Below the pieces are notes generated by a model, which saw only the letters and a program-made list of their open reading frames with translations, was not told the DNA's origin and made no database searches. DNA of 64,000 nt from Eledone cirrhosa. Its lineage: Eukaryota. Below are positions 13,538-27,992 of the stretch, one piece after another. A program made the position numbers and the translations under genes. Location: assembly GCA_964016885.1 (NCBI GenBank), contig OZ024743.1, positions 280,612,001 through 280,676,000 on the forward strand. The letters run 5' to 3'. Numbering within the stretch: position 1 is the first letter of the stretch; each line of letters begins with the position of its first letter.

Positions 13538-15578
13538 TATATAAATATATATATAAATATATATATATATATACACATACATATATAGAGAGAGAGAGCG
13601 AGGGAGAGAGAGGGGGGAAGGGAGGGAGACAGAGAGAGAGATTAATAGTTAATAGTTAATAGATTGATAGATAGATTTCTTTATTTAATAGATAGATAGA
13701 TAGATAGATAATTGCTTGAGGATCTCCCAAGCGTGTGAAACTACTGTATACCCATTGTAGTTAGCAATTTATTGAAATATATTACTTCGCTGAACTGCGT
13801 GAGCCACACCGTAGTACGTTGATTATTGTTTGTTCTCCACTCAACAAGTCATACTAAAACACTGTTTACTTATGTGTGCATGTGTGTGTAATAAAGCAGG
13901 ATTCCTATGTTATATGATGCGTTGAAAAATTTCGATTAACTGCGATTATTTTTCCATGTTTGAAATCTTAATCAATAATAGCCCCGAATCCAACGTTTTA
14001 GCACATAAATGCGATGTATTTAGGTGCTGATCTTGTCTTTAAAGACAATGGACCTCTTTCTGTCTTGTAGCATTTCATCGGCGAAGCAATGTTTACCTAG
14101 TTTGCCTGATTGAAGAGTGCTCAAGTACATATAGAAATAGAGGGAAAGCAGTGGCGCTGAATGTAAATGTAAATAATGGGGCTGATACGAAATACTACAG
14201 GAAAGCCTTCCGTATATAAAGTACACACGCATGGTGTGCGGTAGATCCATTCGGTCAAGTTGCTAAGTATATTTCGAACTCACCAAAATAAATTATGTTT
14301 AATATCTGCATTCGTTGAAAGACCGTATTCTGACTTTTAAATTGTTAACAGATTTATTAAGATCATTTTTCTCAGAGATACACAATCCGTACATTTTAGA
14401 TCAGTGGACATACGGCTTGCATTATGTAAGGATGTTCCATTGGATGTTGAATGCAGTACCAATATACAGACGAAATTAGATAATTTTATCACGTTCGTCT
14501 TTTTTTGTGCCTGGAAAAGAAAAAATGCGGTTTAAATATCAGTGTTTGATTTTCCCGTCAACCTTACTGACATAATTATGGACATGGTGTCTAGCATTTG
14601 TTTTGTGGTGGTGACCACTAATTCATTTGACTTCCTGCGGCATAGCATGGTGGATTTAGGAAGCATAAACTTTCGTTTCTGTATAAGGGGTTTACTGCTT
14701 TGGTTGGGGTACTTAAAATTGTGATTATTTCATAGTGGTGATATAACTATTTATTTAGGTTATTTCCTTTTAATAATCTCGTGTAGTGATGATTATACAT
14801 GAAATGACCATTTATCAAGGCTAAGAAACATTTTGCTTTATTAAATTTAATGAAGGTTAGATATATGTGTGTATATCTATATATAAGTGTGTTTGTGTGG
14901 GTGTATGTGTGTGCGTGTGTGTGTGCGTGTGTGTGTGTGCAGGAGTGTGTCTATACACATGCACATAAATGCATCACCACTCACCCCATATAGATATAGA
15001 TGTATACGTACGTATATGTAGAGGAACAAATTCAATTTTATTAACTTCATTACCAGAATACAGAATAAAAGACGATCATATAACGTTGTTTCTTTTGGCG
15101 AGTAATAAATGTCGACGTGACTAGAATTACATTATCTAGTGTGTGTTCGCCTTTATTGAAGGCAGTAGAAGTGGAATTTGGTTGCCATTTCTAGTAAGCC
15201 AAGAGACCATATTAATGTATTTCTTATACTTGCTGTTATCGATGTTGTCGTTTAGCTGTAGGTCAGCCTTAATCGAATAGAAAAATAATGGATGATATTC
15301 CTACCCTGATAATATAATCCTTTTCGGAATTTGTAGCACTACAGGATGTAATATTAGTTCTGTCCTTATACAAGATTGCAGCTTGTGATTTGAGGACAGA
15401 TTGGCTGTTATTTCTGCAGGTCTAGCGACCACGCCGAAGCTCATCATTGCCTCGGTATATGATGTTATACGGTGAGTGTGAGTCGTTAGACCCGAACATG
15501 CGTTCGCCATCCTCTCAAAATATCTAAATATCACCAATACTGAATGTCCATCTTGCTGGCATATTCCTTTGAAGTGTC

Positions 15579-15711
15579 TTATGATTTTATTGATTTTTCA
15601 CTGTTCTCTATATTCGATGACAAAATAGATGACCCGAAGTTTATCAGACTTTCCATGGTGGCAGCAAGTGCACGTGAAGCTTCGATAATGTGCAATTCTT
15701 CTAGTAGGTCG
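15579..15711 (-). CDS. Candidate terminal coding exon of an unidentified host gene ([43 protein letters not shown])
   Basis: Acceptor TTCTCTTTCAG, open protein-like frame ending in TAA; a further acceptor (TTTTCTTTTCCAG, ~14511) and AATAAA (~14355) lie downstream on the minus strand. Confidence 0.35.
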
Positions 15712-15786
15712 CTGAAAGAGAATTTATTCAAAATGTAAAAAATTGTCTTCATCATTTACGCACCAATGGACATCCAAGCGGTAAAT

Positions 15787-15873
<87 letters not shown>

Positions 15874-16235
15874 GTATATATATATTGTATGTATGTATGC
15901 ATGTATGTATCTATGTATGTATATGCACGCATGGATGCATACATACGTACGTAAATACATACATACATACATACATACATACATACATACATACATACAT
16001 ACATACATACATACATACAAACATACATACATACATACATACATACATACATACATACATACATACATACATACATACATACATACATACATACATAAAG
16101 ATATAGATGTTTATTATTATCATTCCTATTTGCTTCTGGCTGCGAGCCACACGTTTTCATAAATGTTAGACAAATCTTCGTTTGTTTGTCCTTTTATTCT
16201 GAGTTTGTTGTTGCTTCTATTGTTGCGGAACCGAC

Positions 16236-16326
16236 CACGACTGAAGGGTCTGTTCACTCCAATGTTTTTTGTTTTGTTTTGTTTGTTTTTTCTCCTGTAA
16301 GGCTACAATGAATTCGTCATTTGTCT
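16236..16326 (-). CDS. Candidate internal exon (ETNDEFIVALQEKKQTKQNKKHWSEQTLQS)
   Basis: Acceptor TTCTTTTCATTCTTCAG; weak donor GTCGGT; phases compatible with the flanking candidate exons. Confidence 0.3.
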
Positions 16327-16704
16327 CTGAAGAATGAAAAGAATATTAAATAAGACATCAATTGTAGTAGCCGGCCAACAGGACAGAATAGCTGAAAAAG
16401 GTACAAGTGGCTAGAGAAGGACAGTTCCTCACTCGTTTAACTAAGGAAGACTTATCTACTTTTCCAATCGGTAACGCGGCCATTACTACTACCACCAAAA
16501 TTACTCTCAGAGGTACCGTTCAGAAGAAAGGTGTTGGCAGTAACAACAGTGATAACAGTAACAAGCCGGACAGAAACTGCAGCAAATTTATAGAGCAGCA
16601 GCAAACTACCAGCCAAAAACTCTAAAAGGAGGAATAAATAAGATAAAGAAATAGAAGGACAGAAACACGTGTTACTAGCACGTCGAGAATCATATAGCTA
16701 GTCC

Positions 16705-16931
16705 AATGGTTCCCTAACCTTTTATTGCCAAGGATTCCCTTTACTTAAATGTATATTTTTTCCACGGAACTCCACTAAAATTACTTCCCTCCTACATTAC
16801 TATGAAATGAGAAAGTGAAATGTTTATACTTGGAAAATAAGGGATATCTAATAGTGTCTATATATAAGTTTTGTAACAACGCACGTGGAATGTTAAACTT
16901 AGCTCAGGGATCTACTGGTTTGGAACCACTG
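16705..16931. mobile_element. Degenerate hAT/Charlie-like MITE
   Basis: TIR-like CAATGGTTCCCTAACC ... GGTTTGGAACCACTG; no clear TSD. Confidence 0.45.
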
Positions 16932-17295
16932 AACTATAATATTTCGGAGTGGAATGGGGAAGGGACTTTAAAGCGGGCAATATGGGTAAATCTCTGACCT
17001 GCTACTTGTACTGCATTACTTTTTCGACAAAAAATCATACAGGTACTGAAGAGCCGTTAACCAAACCTGTCTGAGATGAACACAGAGCGATACAATTGTT
17101 CGAAACTTGCAGCGGTCGAGTATTGCTGATTTATAATGTTATGTCTAATAGCTATATCTGTTGTCACATTTAGGACGGATCTGCTTATTATCAATAAAAG
17201 GCTGTAATTAAATATCAAAATGTATTTTGACTGACATTATAAAGATTCTGCCAATAATTACCACAGGTTCGCATAGATACATGGCTTTAACTGAC

Positions 17296-17502
17296 CGTTT
17301 CCTTTTTGAGCGAGTTGCCATCGAGACCTCCAATGTCCTTGATCCTCATGCGCAGCCATTTCCCCGGACAGTTGGGATGTACTGTCCAGCCAAGAGCGTA
17401 AAGTTTGCCCCTACTCTTCGACCTTCCTTTTACTTACTTTTTCTTTCTTCCAAGTATTTTTAATCATTTTCTCTCCTTCTTTGTAACTAGATACAACTGA
17501 AG
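17296..17502 (-). CDS. Candidate internal exon with an in-frame TAG (17411-17413) or alternative donor at 17437
   Basis: Acceptor TTTCATATTCAG, donor G|GTCAGT; frame SVVSSYKEGEKMIKNTWKKEKVSKRKVEE*GQTLRSWLDSTSQLSGEMAAHEDQGHWRSRWQLAQKGN; internal GTAAGT. Confidence 0.3.
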
Positions 17503-18091
17503 CTGAATATGAAATTTTTACTCGATATAGTTTATAATTTACAAAAATTAATAGGTGTTATAGGTTAAACTTCCAGAGCATTTTGACATAATTCATTTTC
17601 TAACTGTCATACGCAATACGCAGTGAATCAAACATCGTTCAGGGGACGTACATTTTTGTCAAGTGGTTGCATTTCTTTTGAACTTAATTTAAGCTACAAT
17701 GTCTAAAAGTATAGATACATACATGTCAAAGCTTCTTGTAAATGATAAGCTAATAAAGAGGAAACCAACCGTATGATAGATAAAACAGGCAACGTAAATT
17801 TGCTTCAATCTCAGCCCTATAGTCACATTGCGCCATCTCTCTGCATCATCTACGCTAATTACAACTCTCCACTAATTACAAACTTCTTATCTTCTGCTCT
17901 TAGTGAACCTTAGTTATCTTTTCTATCCCCCCCCCCCCCACCCCGCCTCTCTTATTCCCTGTAATTTCAACTCTTCAATATCTATAGACATTTCATACGG
18001 CTCTTTCCTTCTTTGTTTCTTTGTAACAATATCTCTCTCTTTCACTCTTTCTCTGTATATATACATACACACACATTCACAAATATGTAAG

Positions 18092-18150
<59 letters not shown>

Positions 18151-18163
18151 ATACATATATGTT

Positions 18164-18210
<47 letters not shown>

Positions 18211-18259
18211 CATATATATGTATATATATATATTGTATAAATACGTATATATATGTATA

Positions 18260-18345
<86 letters not shown>

Positions 18346-18354
18346 CACACATAC

Positions 18355-18391
<37 letters not shown>

Positions 18392-18470
18392 AATGCATAC
18401 ATATAAACACATACATACATACATACATACATACATACATACATACATACATACATACATACATACATAC

Positions 18471-19038
18471 ATGGTGGCTGCCAACTCGTTTTCGAGTACG
18501 GCCACTACTTTATTTCCATGTAGGAGAACTCCTACCGATGCGCTGAACGAGTGCGACTTTTTAGTCCAGCCAGCGACTTGAAAACTCTGGTACAAACACT
18601 ACACTTGTGACAATTATTGACACATAGTGCTGGGCCCATGGTACCATGTGACGATAAGTGCAGAGAGATCTCCAGATATAAAGCAATGCCTGTGCCGTGA
18701 AGCTTTTATAGTGAGCAAAAGCACTGCACTAAGCCAGTCCCACTCTCTTAACCCAGATGATATGTACCAAAAAGAAGAACAAGTCAACATCATTGGATAC
18801 CATCAGGGTTGCAGGTGTTACATCAGAGTTTTCCTTCTCCTAGAATTCTGCCTTGACAAAGGCTAAGGGGTCATCTCTCCCGGTGATTTTGGATGGCCAT
18901 TGACTCTTAAGAGCTCCTTTGCCCTTTGACAGGTTGTGTTTTTAGTCCTGCAGGATGTCCAAAGTCACCCTCCTCACCAAGAAACCTTGGTGGGCTTGCC
19001 AGTTTAGTCGCCAACGACCCGACCATGAGACAGGTTGT
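18471..19038 (-). mobile_element. Non-autonomous retroposon with (TATG)n tail, RTE-like 5' region (longest copy)
   Basis: Three copies share the end ...GGCAGCCACCAT(GTAT)n and are variably truncated at the other end; contains TCTAGGAGAAGGAAAACTCTGA, which resembles RTE 5' UTRs. Confidence 0.7.
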
Positions 19039-19209
19039 ACATACATATATACACACATACATATATACAAACCCCAACACAGACATGGAGACACATGTGT
19101 GTGTATATATGTATATATTTTTTTCTACTGCTTGTAGAGCTACTGTTCTTCTAGCTGATTTTCACTTTCTCCATCCCTTTGTTGTCGCTTCCAGCTTTTA
19201 AATAATAAT

Positions 19210-19380
19210 TATTTCTACTTTTGGTACAAGGCCAGCAATTAACCCAGTGCATTACTGGTACTTTATTTTATCAACCCCATAAGGATGAAAGGCAAAATTA
19301 ACCACGGCGGGATTTGAACTCAGACCATAAAGGGCCGTAACTCTTTGGTGCAAAGCATGTCACCCGACCCTCTACCGAAA
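19210..19380 (-). mobile_element. tRNA-derived Nin-like SINE (5' truncated)
   Basis: Homologous to 4808-4991 and 60212-60395. Confidence 0.8.
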
Positions 19381-19612
19381 CAGCTATAAAGGTCTTTAGT
19401 CTTAGTAGCTTTTAGTCTTCTAAACTTGAATCCTCCTTCTCTTTGCTCTCACTCACTATCTATCTATCAACATCTCTCTTCCCCCTCTCTCTGCTTCTGT
19501 CTATCCCTCTTTCTCTCTCTTTTTTCTCTCTCTCACACACACACTATCAACGCCTTTCTCTCTCACTCTCTCACTCTCTCACACTCTCACTCAGACCTTC
19601 TCTCTCTCTCTC

Positions 19613-19655
<43 letters not shown>

Positions 19656-19699
19656 GTTGCGCACTTGCTCGTCTTCATTCCTTCACACTCCTTTCTCGA

Positions 19700-22600
19700 G
19701 AACAAAACATTTATTCTTCGAAACTATTATTGCACATGAGGTTCATCTCCAAATGAAACCAGAGGACATCAACAACATCCCGGATTTTTCCCGCCTGAAG
19801 GACGGTAAAACAATCCAATTAATCACTGAGGTAAGAAGGCCGCACTGCTTCGTCTGCGGGGAAGCAACGCATCTGCAAGCCTTCTGCCCTCAGCTCAAAA
19901 GTGAAGGGGGTCGCAAACCTCCTTTGTTGCCAACGCCAGTGTCAGCGCGGAAAGCTGCACCACTACCACCAAAAACAACACCAACAAAGACACGGGTAAC
20001 CCTACCAACATCAAAACAGCCGGACCACCACCAACACGGAAACCAATCCAGGATGAAAACGAGGAAAGCTCTCCCACTCCCCATACCCCACCAATTATAC
20101 ACATAGACAAAACAATAAACGCACACACAGACACAGATACACTCACAGCCACAGACTCTTTGTCTTCCAGCAGTGAAGATGAAGGAAAACCCAAACGTGC
20201 CAAAAAACAAAAGAGAAAACTCACAAAAAAAAAAAGCCCAACAAAACACAAAATCATACACAACAAAAAATACAGACACCACTAACGCAAACACTTCCCC
20301 AATAACATCAACACCAACATCAACATCAACATCACCCCCACAATCCCCGAAATACAAACAACCTAAACAAACACAAGAACAAATAAACACACAGACACCT
20401 GAAATTGCAGACACCACGCCTACAACAAACACATACATACCCGAAACAACACCACCAAAACCATCACCACCACAGTCACCAAAACGAAAACAAATAAAAC
20501 CACACCAACAAAATATTAAAAACTTCGTGCTTGTCAGAAGGGCCAACGATAAACTAATAGCCCTCTTAGCACAAAGCGAGGACATTCAAACAGAGGGGGA
20601 GATCTTTGAAATGAGCACATTTTGCGTGCCAGAAGATTTGTTTCTGGTCCGAATGTCGCTTGATTCCTTCAAAGAAATTCGAGAGAGCTTTCCTCAAGAC
20701 GTGGGAACCCCGAATGTGAAACCGACATCGAGACTTTTAAAGGGGTTCTCAAAAGAAACTCCACCAACCATGGAGATCGAACCACCCGACCTTCACCAGA
20801 CCCCGGGAGGTAAGTAAACCTTCCCTCTCTCTTTTTAGCTTTCCAACATGGCCATATTAAGAGTAGGAAGTTTAAATGATCGCGGCCTGGGGTCCCCCTG
20901 GAAGCAGGGTCGCCTGCTCAACGACCTCAGGCTTCTGGAAATTGATGTGATTGCCGTCAGTGAGACCAGGATTTCTGACACGCGCGCAATAGCCCCCATT
21001 TTCGACGACTATCAGATCTTAGCATCTGTTAGCAGGTCGGGAATGGGAGGTAGGTGGCAGTGCTGTTTAGGAAAGGCCTGGATCTCGAAGTAAGGTCGAT
21101 CTTCCGGGACCCGGATGGTAAGTTGGTGGTCCTGGATGTGAGCAGTAGCGAAGGTGGTGCCTTTAGACTGCTGGCCGTCTACGCCCCTACTGGGGCCGGA
21201 CGACTGGACTTCTTTAGGCGCCCGGAAGCCTTTCTGGGTACGTCTCGCCCTTTACTGTTAGCGGGGACTGGAACGGCATCTTAGACGCACGCTGGGATTG
21301 TCTGGGAGTAGCTGATCGGAGCTGGGGGGGGGGGGCAAAAGCCTCAAGCACCTAATCAGCCAGTTCCAACGGTCTGACAGGTATCGACTATATTTCCCCA
21401 ATGCGCCAGTGTGGACGTGGACCAACCGCATAGGGTCATCTAGATCGTATATAGACAGGATCTTCATTAGGAAAATAGATAGAAATAGTGTAGGCTGCCC
21501 ACTTTTTAAAACGGTCGCCTATTCAGATCACAAATTTGCGATCTGAATGGTCGACCTAGATAAAACGCGTAGGTTGGGACCGGGTTACTGGAAGCTGAAC
21601 ATGTCATTTCTGGCACGTAAGGCTTACAGGGACCGAGTCAACAATTTAGTTCAACAAAAGTTGACAGGGGGGATCATCAACAAAAATGGTGTGCGGGGGG
21701 GGGGGGGCTCTCAAAAGAGAGATTAGAGTAACGTCGATAGAGTTCAGCAAAGAAGTAGCGTTAGAGAAAAATAGAAAGGAGGGGGAGTTGGTAGATAAGT
21801 TAGACGAGGCTATTTGTAGTGGCATTGCCACTGACGTGCTAGCGGCGAGAATGGCATTAGACCATTTCTTCAATGCGAAACACGAAGGTTGCATTGTCAG
21901 AGCTAAGGCGCGTGCGCTGAGAAACGAGGGAACCAAAGCTATTCGATGGGCCCGCATGGCGGAGGCGCACAGTGGAAATAAAACCACAATTCGGTCTTTG
22001 GCGGAACGAAACGGACACGAGATGAACGATTCCAAGTGGATGTGTGAGGCCTTTTGCCAGCACTTTGCTCGGTTGTTCGGGGAGAGTGGCGGGTCAGAGA
22101 GAGTAGCGGATTTCAGTCCCTACCTTGACGGGTTGCCGCGCATCTCGAGTGACGACGCTGAGCGCTGCGAAAGGCCAATTACTTCAGCCGAAATTCAAGC
22201 TGCCCTTGTCAGCTGCATACAAGTGTTATAAAAGAGATTGGCGCTTGTCGTCGAGGATTTGGTTGGGAAGGCGCAAACTTGCGCAATCCCAGCCAGGTCC
22301 ATACACGACAATCTCCATCATAGAGAGGGTAGGATGTAAACCTGGCTTGGGTGGGGCACTGATCAATTTAGATCAATCGAAAGCATTCGATAGTGGTGGG
22401 ACCATCGGTATCTGGAGGCTGTCCTCAATGCAGCTGGCTTCGGTCCTGTCTTCAGAAGCTGGATCGCTGCAATGCACAGCGGCATATGCTCGGTGTTTAA
22501 GGTTAATGGCCACCTCTCGGAACAATTTCGGCTCTCCCGATTGGTCCGTCAAGGGTGCCCTCTCTCATCCCTTCTGTACGTATTGACTCTCGAGCCTTTA

Positions 22601-24245
22601 CTGCGGAAGCTGGAGCTGTTGCGGGGCATCCCGCTTGAACCGGGACGTGGAAGGGCAGTGTCGGCTTATGTGGACGACATTACCGTGATGGTGTCGGACA
22701 CCTCAGAAATCGAGGTGGTCGGCAACTCATTGGAGAAATATGAAAGGTTGACGGGAGCAAAACTTAACCCGGAAAAGTCGGTGGGCTTGCAATTCGGCAC
22801 CTGGAGAGGCAAGTTCATGCCGTCCAACAGCGTCGTTGGGCACTGGACGGACCGGTAAAGTTGCTCGGGGTTTGGTTCAGGCCAGACCGCCAGGTCAATA
22901 AGAATTTGGACGAGGTGACGAGCAGGGTAGCCAGTCTCACCCAAAAATTGGCTGTGAGGAAGCTATCACTGAAAGGTCACGCAGAGGTGGCGAATGCGTA
23001 CATCGCGTCCGTCATCTACTACCTCCTGACCGTCGTGCCATGCCCCCGTCCGCGACTCGTCAAGTTGGAATGGCTCCTCTTCAAATTCTTGTGGAGATAA
23101 CAAGTTCCGTTGGTGAGGTGGTCTATCTGCTGCCAGCGCCCTCTACGCGGAGAGCTGGGCATACGGTGGCTAATGATGCACAGACATGCGCTGAGGCTGC
23201 GACATTTCCAGATATTCTGCCTAAACGGTGAACAGGTGTGATCGCCGTTTATCAGACGGGCCTTTCCGCCGCTCGTTTCTTTGACTGAGCTGCAGTCCTG
23301 GGTCAAGAAGAAACCGAGACTGGATGATTGGCACCTGGAATGTTGCCAGGCACTCACTACCCTCTACCAAGCGGGCATTGCGATCAGTGGAACTTCCACT
23401 CGGAGAGGCTTTGGGCATTGACGAAGTCGAACTGACCAGTCTGTTCCGGAGGACTTTCGAGACGGGGACGATGGAGAATTTCCAGAAATCCCTCACTTGG
23501 CAGTGCACTTGGCATTGCCGGTTCGGGATAGACTCTACAGGCACTGAAGTGCTGTTAGACGGAAACCATTCTGCACGCACTTGTCCAATGTCCGTGTATT
23601 ACTGACTTGTGGAGTTATGTCAAATAGCTACTGTCGCGTGTAGAACAGATCCGGCTATCGGCCGAATCCATAGTGAAGATCGACCCGTCGCCTTCCTTTG
23701 GTCAGGAAGAGGTGGCAACTTTCCTCTGTCTGGTGGCAGTTGCGAAAGAGGTTATATGGTGGACCAGATTGAAAGGACTGAAGACAGACACCTTTCTCCT
23801 CGGCCAACCCTCATCAACTTCTTCAAGTTTCACCTGGAAAGGAAGGTGAGGGTGGAGAGAGAAGTGCTGCCCCTCAGTACATTTGCTAAAAGGTGGATGA
23901 ATGTGGCGAGAATGGCCCGTGCGAATGGGCCTACTCTGACCATGCGCCTATAGGCTAGCTAATTTAAGGAGAGGGGTGCTCTCCCTGGGTGCCCTAGAAG
24001 CGCAGGGTGGTTCGGGATTGGTGGGGTACCTGAGTCATCCCTGGGTCGTCCACCCCCGATAGGGGAACTTATTTATTTTGTTATATTTATACATAGTTTA
24101 TCTCATATTTTTTATATCTTCATTGTTAAATTAGTCTTGCCATTGTGCACTTTTACTCGACCTTATTGTAAACCCCCACTGTCCCTGTCTTTGTATTGTC
24201 CCCTACATGTCGGCCCTTGTGGCCAATAAATGAAATCATTCATTC
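19700..24245 (+). mobile_element. Degraded Tx1/L1-clade LINE (second family), 5'-truncated in ORF1
   Basis: ORF1 zinc knuckle CFVCGEATHLQAFC; ORF2 from ATG 20848 with APE motifs (GSLN, SET, VYAP, SDH), RT motifs (LDQSKAFD, RQGCPLS, AYVDD), many frameshifts and stops; AATAAA and (CATT)n tail. Confidence 0.92.
20848..23953 (+). pseudogene. ORF2 (APE endonuclease + reverse transcriptase) of Tx1-like LINE, disrupted
   Basis: Fragments 20848-21093, 21054-21284, 21686-22231, 22472-22858 and 22861-23100 align in order with ORF2 of the 48.5-54.2 kb element. Confidence 0.9.
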
Positions 24246-25315
24246 TTCGATACAACAACAGCAACAACAACAACAATAGTAACAGCAACAGCGACAACAA
24301 CAGCAACAATAACAACACATTGTCGAATCATCCGCATTGTTCATACAGTCCCTTCAACAAATACTAAATCCTACCTACATACATGCATACATACACATAT
24401 AGATACATACATACATACGTCCATACATACACACATACATACATACAAACGTATGTACATACATACAAACATACCAACGTACATACACACATACATTCAA
24501 ATATAGATACATACATACATACATGCATACATACATACGTACATACGTACGTACATACATACTTATATACATACATACATACATACATACATACATACAT
24601 ACATACATACATACATACATACATACGTACATACGTACATACGTATATACATACAAACATACATACATACATATATACATACGCACACACAGACACGCAG
24701 ATACATACGTATACATATATGCATACATACATACAAACATACATACATACATACACATACACACACACACCCATATACATACACACACACACACACACAT
24801 ACATACATACATACACATACACACATACATACATACATACATACATACATACATACATACATACATACATACATACATACATACATACATACATACATAG
24901 GCACATAGATACAATAATTCCAACCAAGTTTTAAACGTAGCAAACTGACTGTGACCTCTACAGTCTACATGATCGTTACACATCGGTGACTTCGTTGCAC
25001 ATTTGGGATGTAAAGAATATATAAAAAGAATAGTGAACGAGAACACAGCAGTATAACTGTATAGAAAAAATTGTACCTAATTTGTAATTGGGTAAATTAG
25101 AGGAAGTTTACAGAGTCTATGACCCACATCACGACTAGCAGAGGTGCTGTAATTCACAAACTTACCACCTTTGTCAGGAAAAAGCGAATGTGTAAGCTTA
25201 ATAATAATTGAATTATGAGGATATACAGACAATAGATTTACTCACAATAGCAGTTGAATTAATGAGGTAACACTGCATATCTATATAAAATACCATCATA
25301 CTAGCACAACTAATT

Positions 25316-25347
<32 letters not shown>

Positions 25348-25366
25348 TGTATGTGTATATATATAC

Positions 25367-25431
<65 letters not shown>

Positions 25432-25467
25432 TATATACATATATATATATATAGTTATATAGATATA

Positions 25468-25579
<112 letters not shown>

Positions 25580-25699
25580 TATATACATACATACATATAT
25601 ATACATGTATATATTTATGTATATATATATATGTATATATAAATTAATAAAAACAATGAATAAAAACGAAGAAACAGTTCCTTATATTAAAAAATTCAA

Positions 25700-25829
25700 C
25701 ATTTTACGATCGTTTCTAGGATATAAATGTGTGTGTTGGTATGTATATCATATAGATCTATGTAAAAATTTTACAAACTATCAGAGGGAATATACATACC
25801 TACACATATATCTGCTGTCTTCAGAAACG
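25700..25829 (-). ncRNA. Type-I hammerhead motif with long (~100 nt) stem II
   Basis: Minus: CGTTT-CTGAAGA-[AT-rich stem including GGTATGTATATT/GATATACATACC]-GAAA-CGATCG-TA-AAATG; palindromic stem III. Confidence 0.6.
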
Positions 25830-26810
25830 ATTGGACACTACCGTATATTTTGGTTGATTTATCTACATAATAATAATAATAAATTCGAAGACTAAAATCC
25901 AAAGAGGGCTCGATAAGTATCAAATATATAAGAACCGTAGAGCAAATATTAGTTTCAGAAGATCTCGTTAAGGGTGAAAGCAGCGATTCTTTGCTTAAAA
26001 TTTAATCTGTTATTTTAATAAATATATATAGGTTATTAGCGTGTAACGTTCAGTTACTGATAGTACGCCCGGTTGAGCACTCTGTGTTTGTTTTGTGTAT
26101 TTGTTCAACTATATATATATATATATATATATGAGACAGATGTACATGGACCAAATCTGTATAATCTTAATTTATCTATGTGGGATATTTGTTCACTACG
26201 AGTGCAAAACTGCTCGAAAGGTGTTTCTGGCTTATACCTAGTTCATGATGTAGAGATTCTAAAGGCCTTTTTCACTACTTTTCTCAGGCATTTAATATTT
26301 CTACTGGATATATAAATTAGCGAGAATCGTATTTCGGCTATTGGAAATTAGCGAAAAACAACTTCCGAGATGTGTGGCAAGCGCTTCATAGAAGCTACTG
26401 AACTAGAGCTACAACATAAGTTAAAAGGCCAAACACACTGAGACGATGGTTAAACCATTATCCACACAGCCATAGAAACGACCAAGTAATTCGGGTCAAA
26501 AAAATAAAATATGATTAAAAATTATACCCAGACCCCTGGAAGGTTGGTAAAATCCAGCATTTGGGTTTCTGCAACTCCTAAATCAGGTACTGTCTGCTTA
26601 GACAAATAATGTTCAGCTTTTGGTAGGATGATTGAACAAGGAAGTCACTTTCTCAACAGGCTTTTAGTTCAAGTGCAAAACCAAGGACTGACCGTTATCA
26701 AAACCCACGTGGGGCTCGACAAGGGGGGCAACTCTTAGTTTTGGCGGATGAATTCAGTATGTGTGTTATTATTGCAAATTGCAAAAAATCGCTTGATATA
26801 TATATATATA

Positions 26811-26987
26811 TATAAAGAAAAAAAGATGAAATCGAAAATGCAACTGGAGTCTTATTTTTTTTTTAAATATATATATATTTTTTTTAAATAAGACTCCAGT
26901 TGCATTTTCGATTTCATCTTTTTTTCTTTATACTTTCACTCGTGTAGGACACCTCGGTTATTTTTCATTTTGTAAAAAAAACATCAC

Positions 26988-26996
<9 letters not shown>
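26811..26996. mobile_element. Fold-back fragment of the pLTR family seen at 27993-28356
   Basis: Arms ~26811-26857 and ~26887-26932 are reverse complements around an AT spacer; (TA)n both sides. Confidence 0.75.
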
Positions 26997-27031
<35 letters not shown>

Positions 27032-27243
27032 AGCGCTCGTAATGTCTACAAAATTCATACATTGATTTGCTAAACCACTAGGTTTCTTTAGTTCAGCAAC
27101 GGCTGATTATGTGAACAGTCAAGAAAACCTCTTCATCTCAAGGCAGATATTCCATATTTCAACTACTGTAAGGCATTTTATATTCATACTTCCCGTTAAC
27201 TTCATTCATAGTCACAAAGTATATATAAGTATTTGTGTGTGTA

Positions 27244-27983
<740 letters not shown>

Positions 27984-27992
27984 CATATATAT

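Noticed and set aside
20811-20838. GTAAGT…TTTTTAG micro-intron between LINE ORF1 and ORF2 (similar GTAGGT near 52230 on minus)
   Set aside because: Under 40 nt, and removal does not fuse ORF1 and ORF2 in frame in either element
26660-26756. Possible plus-strand exon (CAG|GCT…TTCA|GTATGT)
   Set aside because: Splice-like signals but no recognisable protein and no supported neighbouring exons
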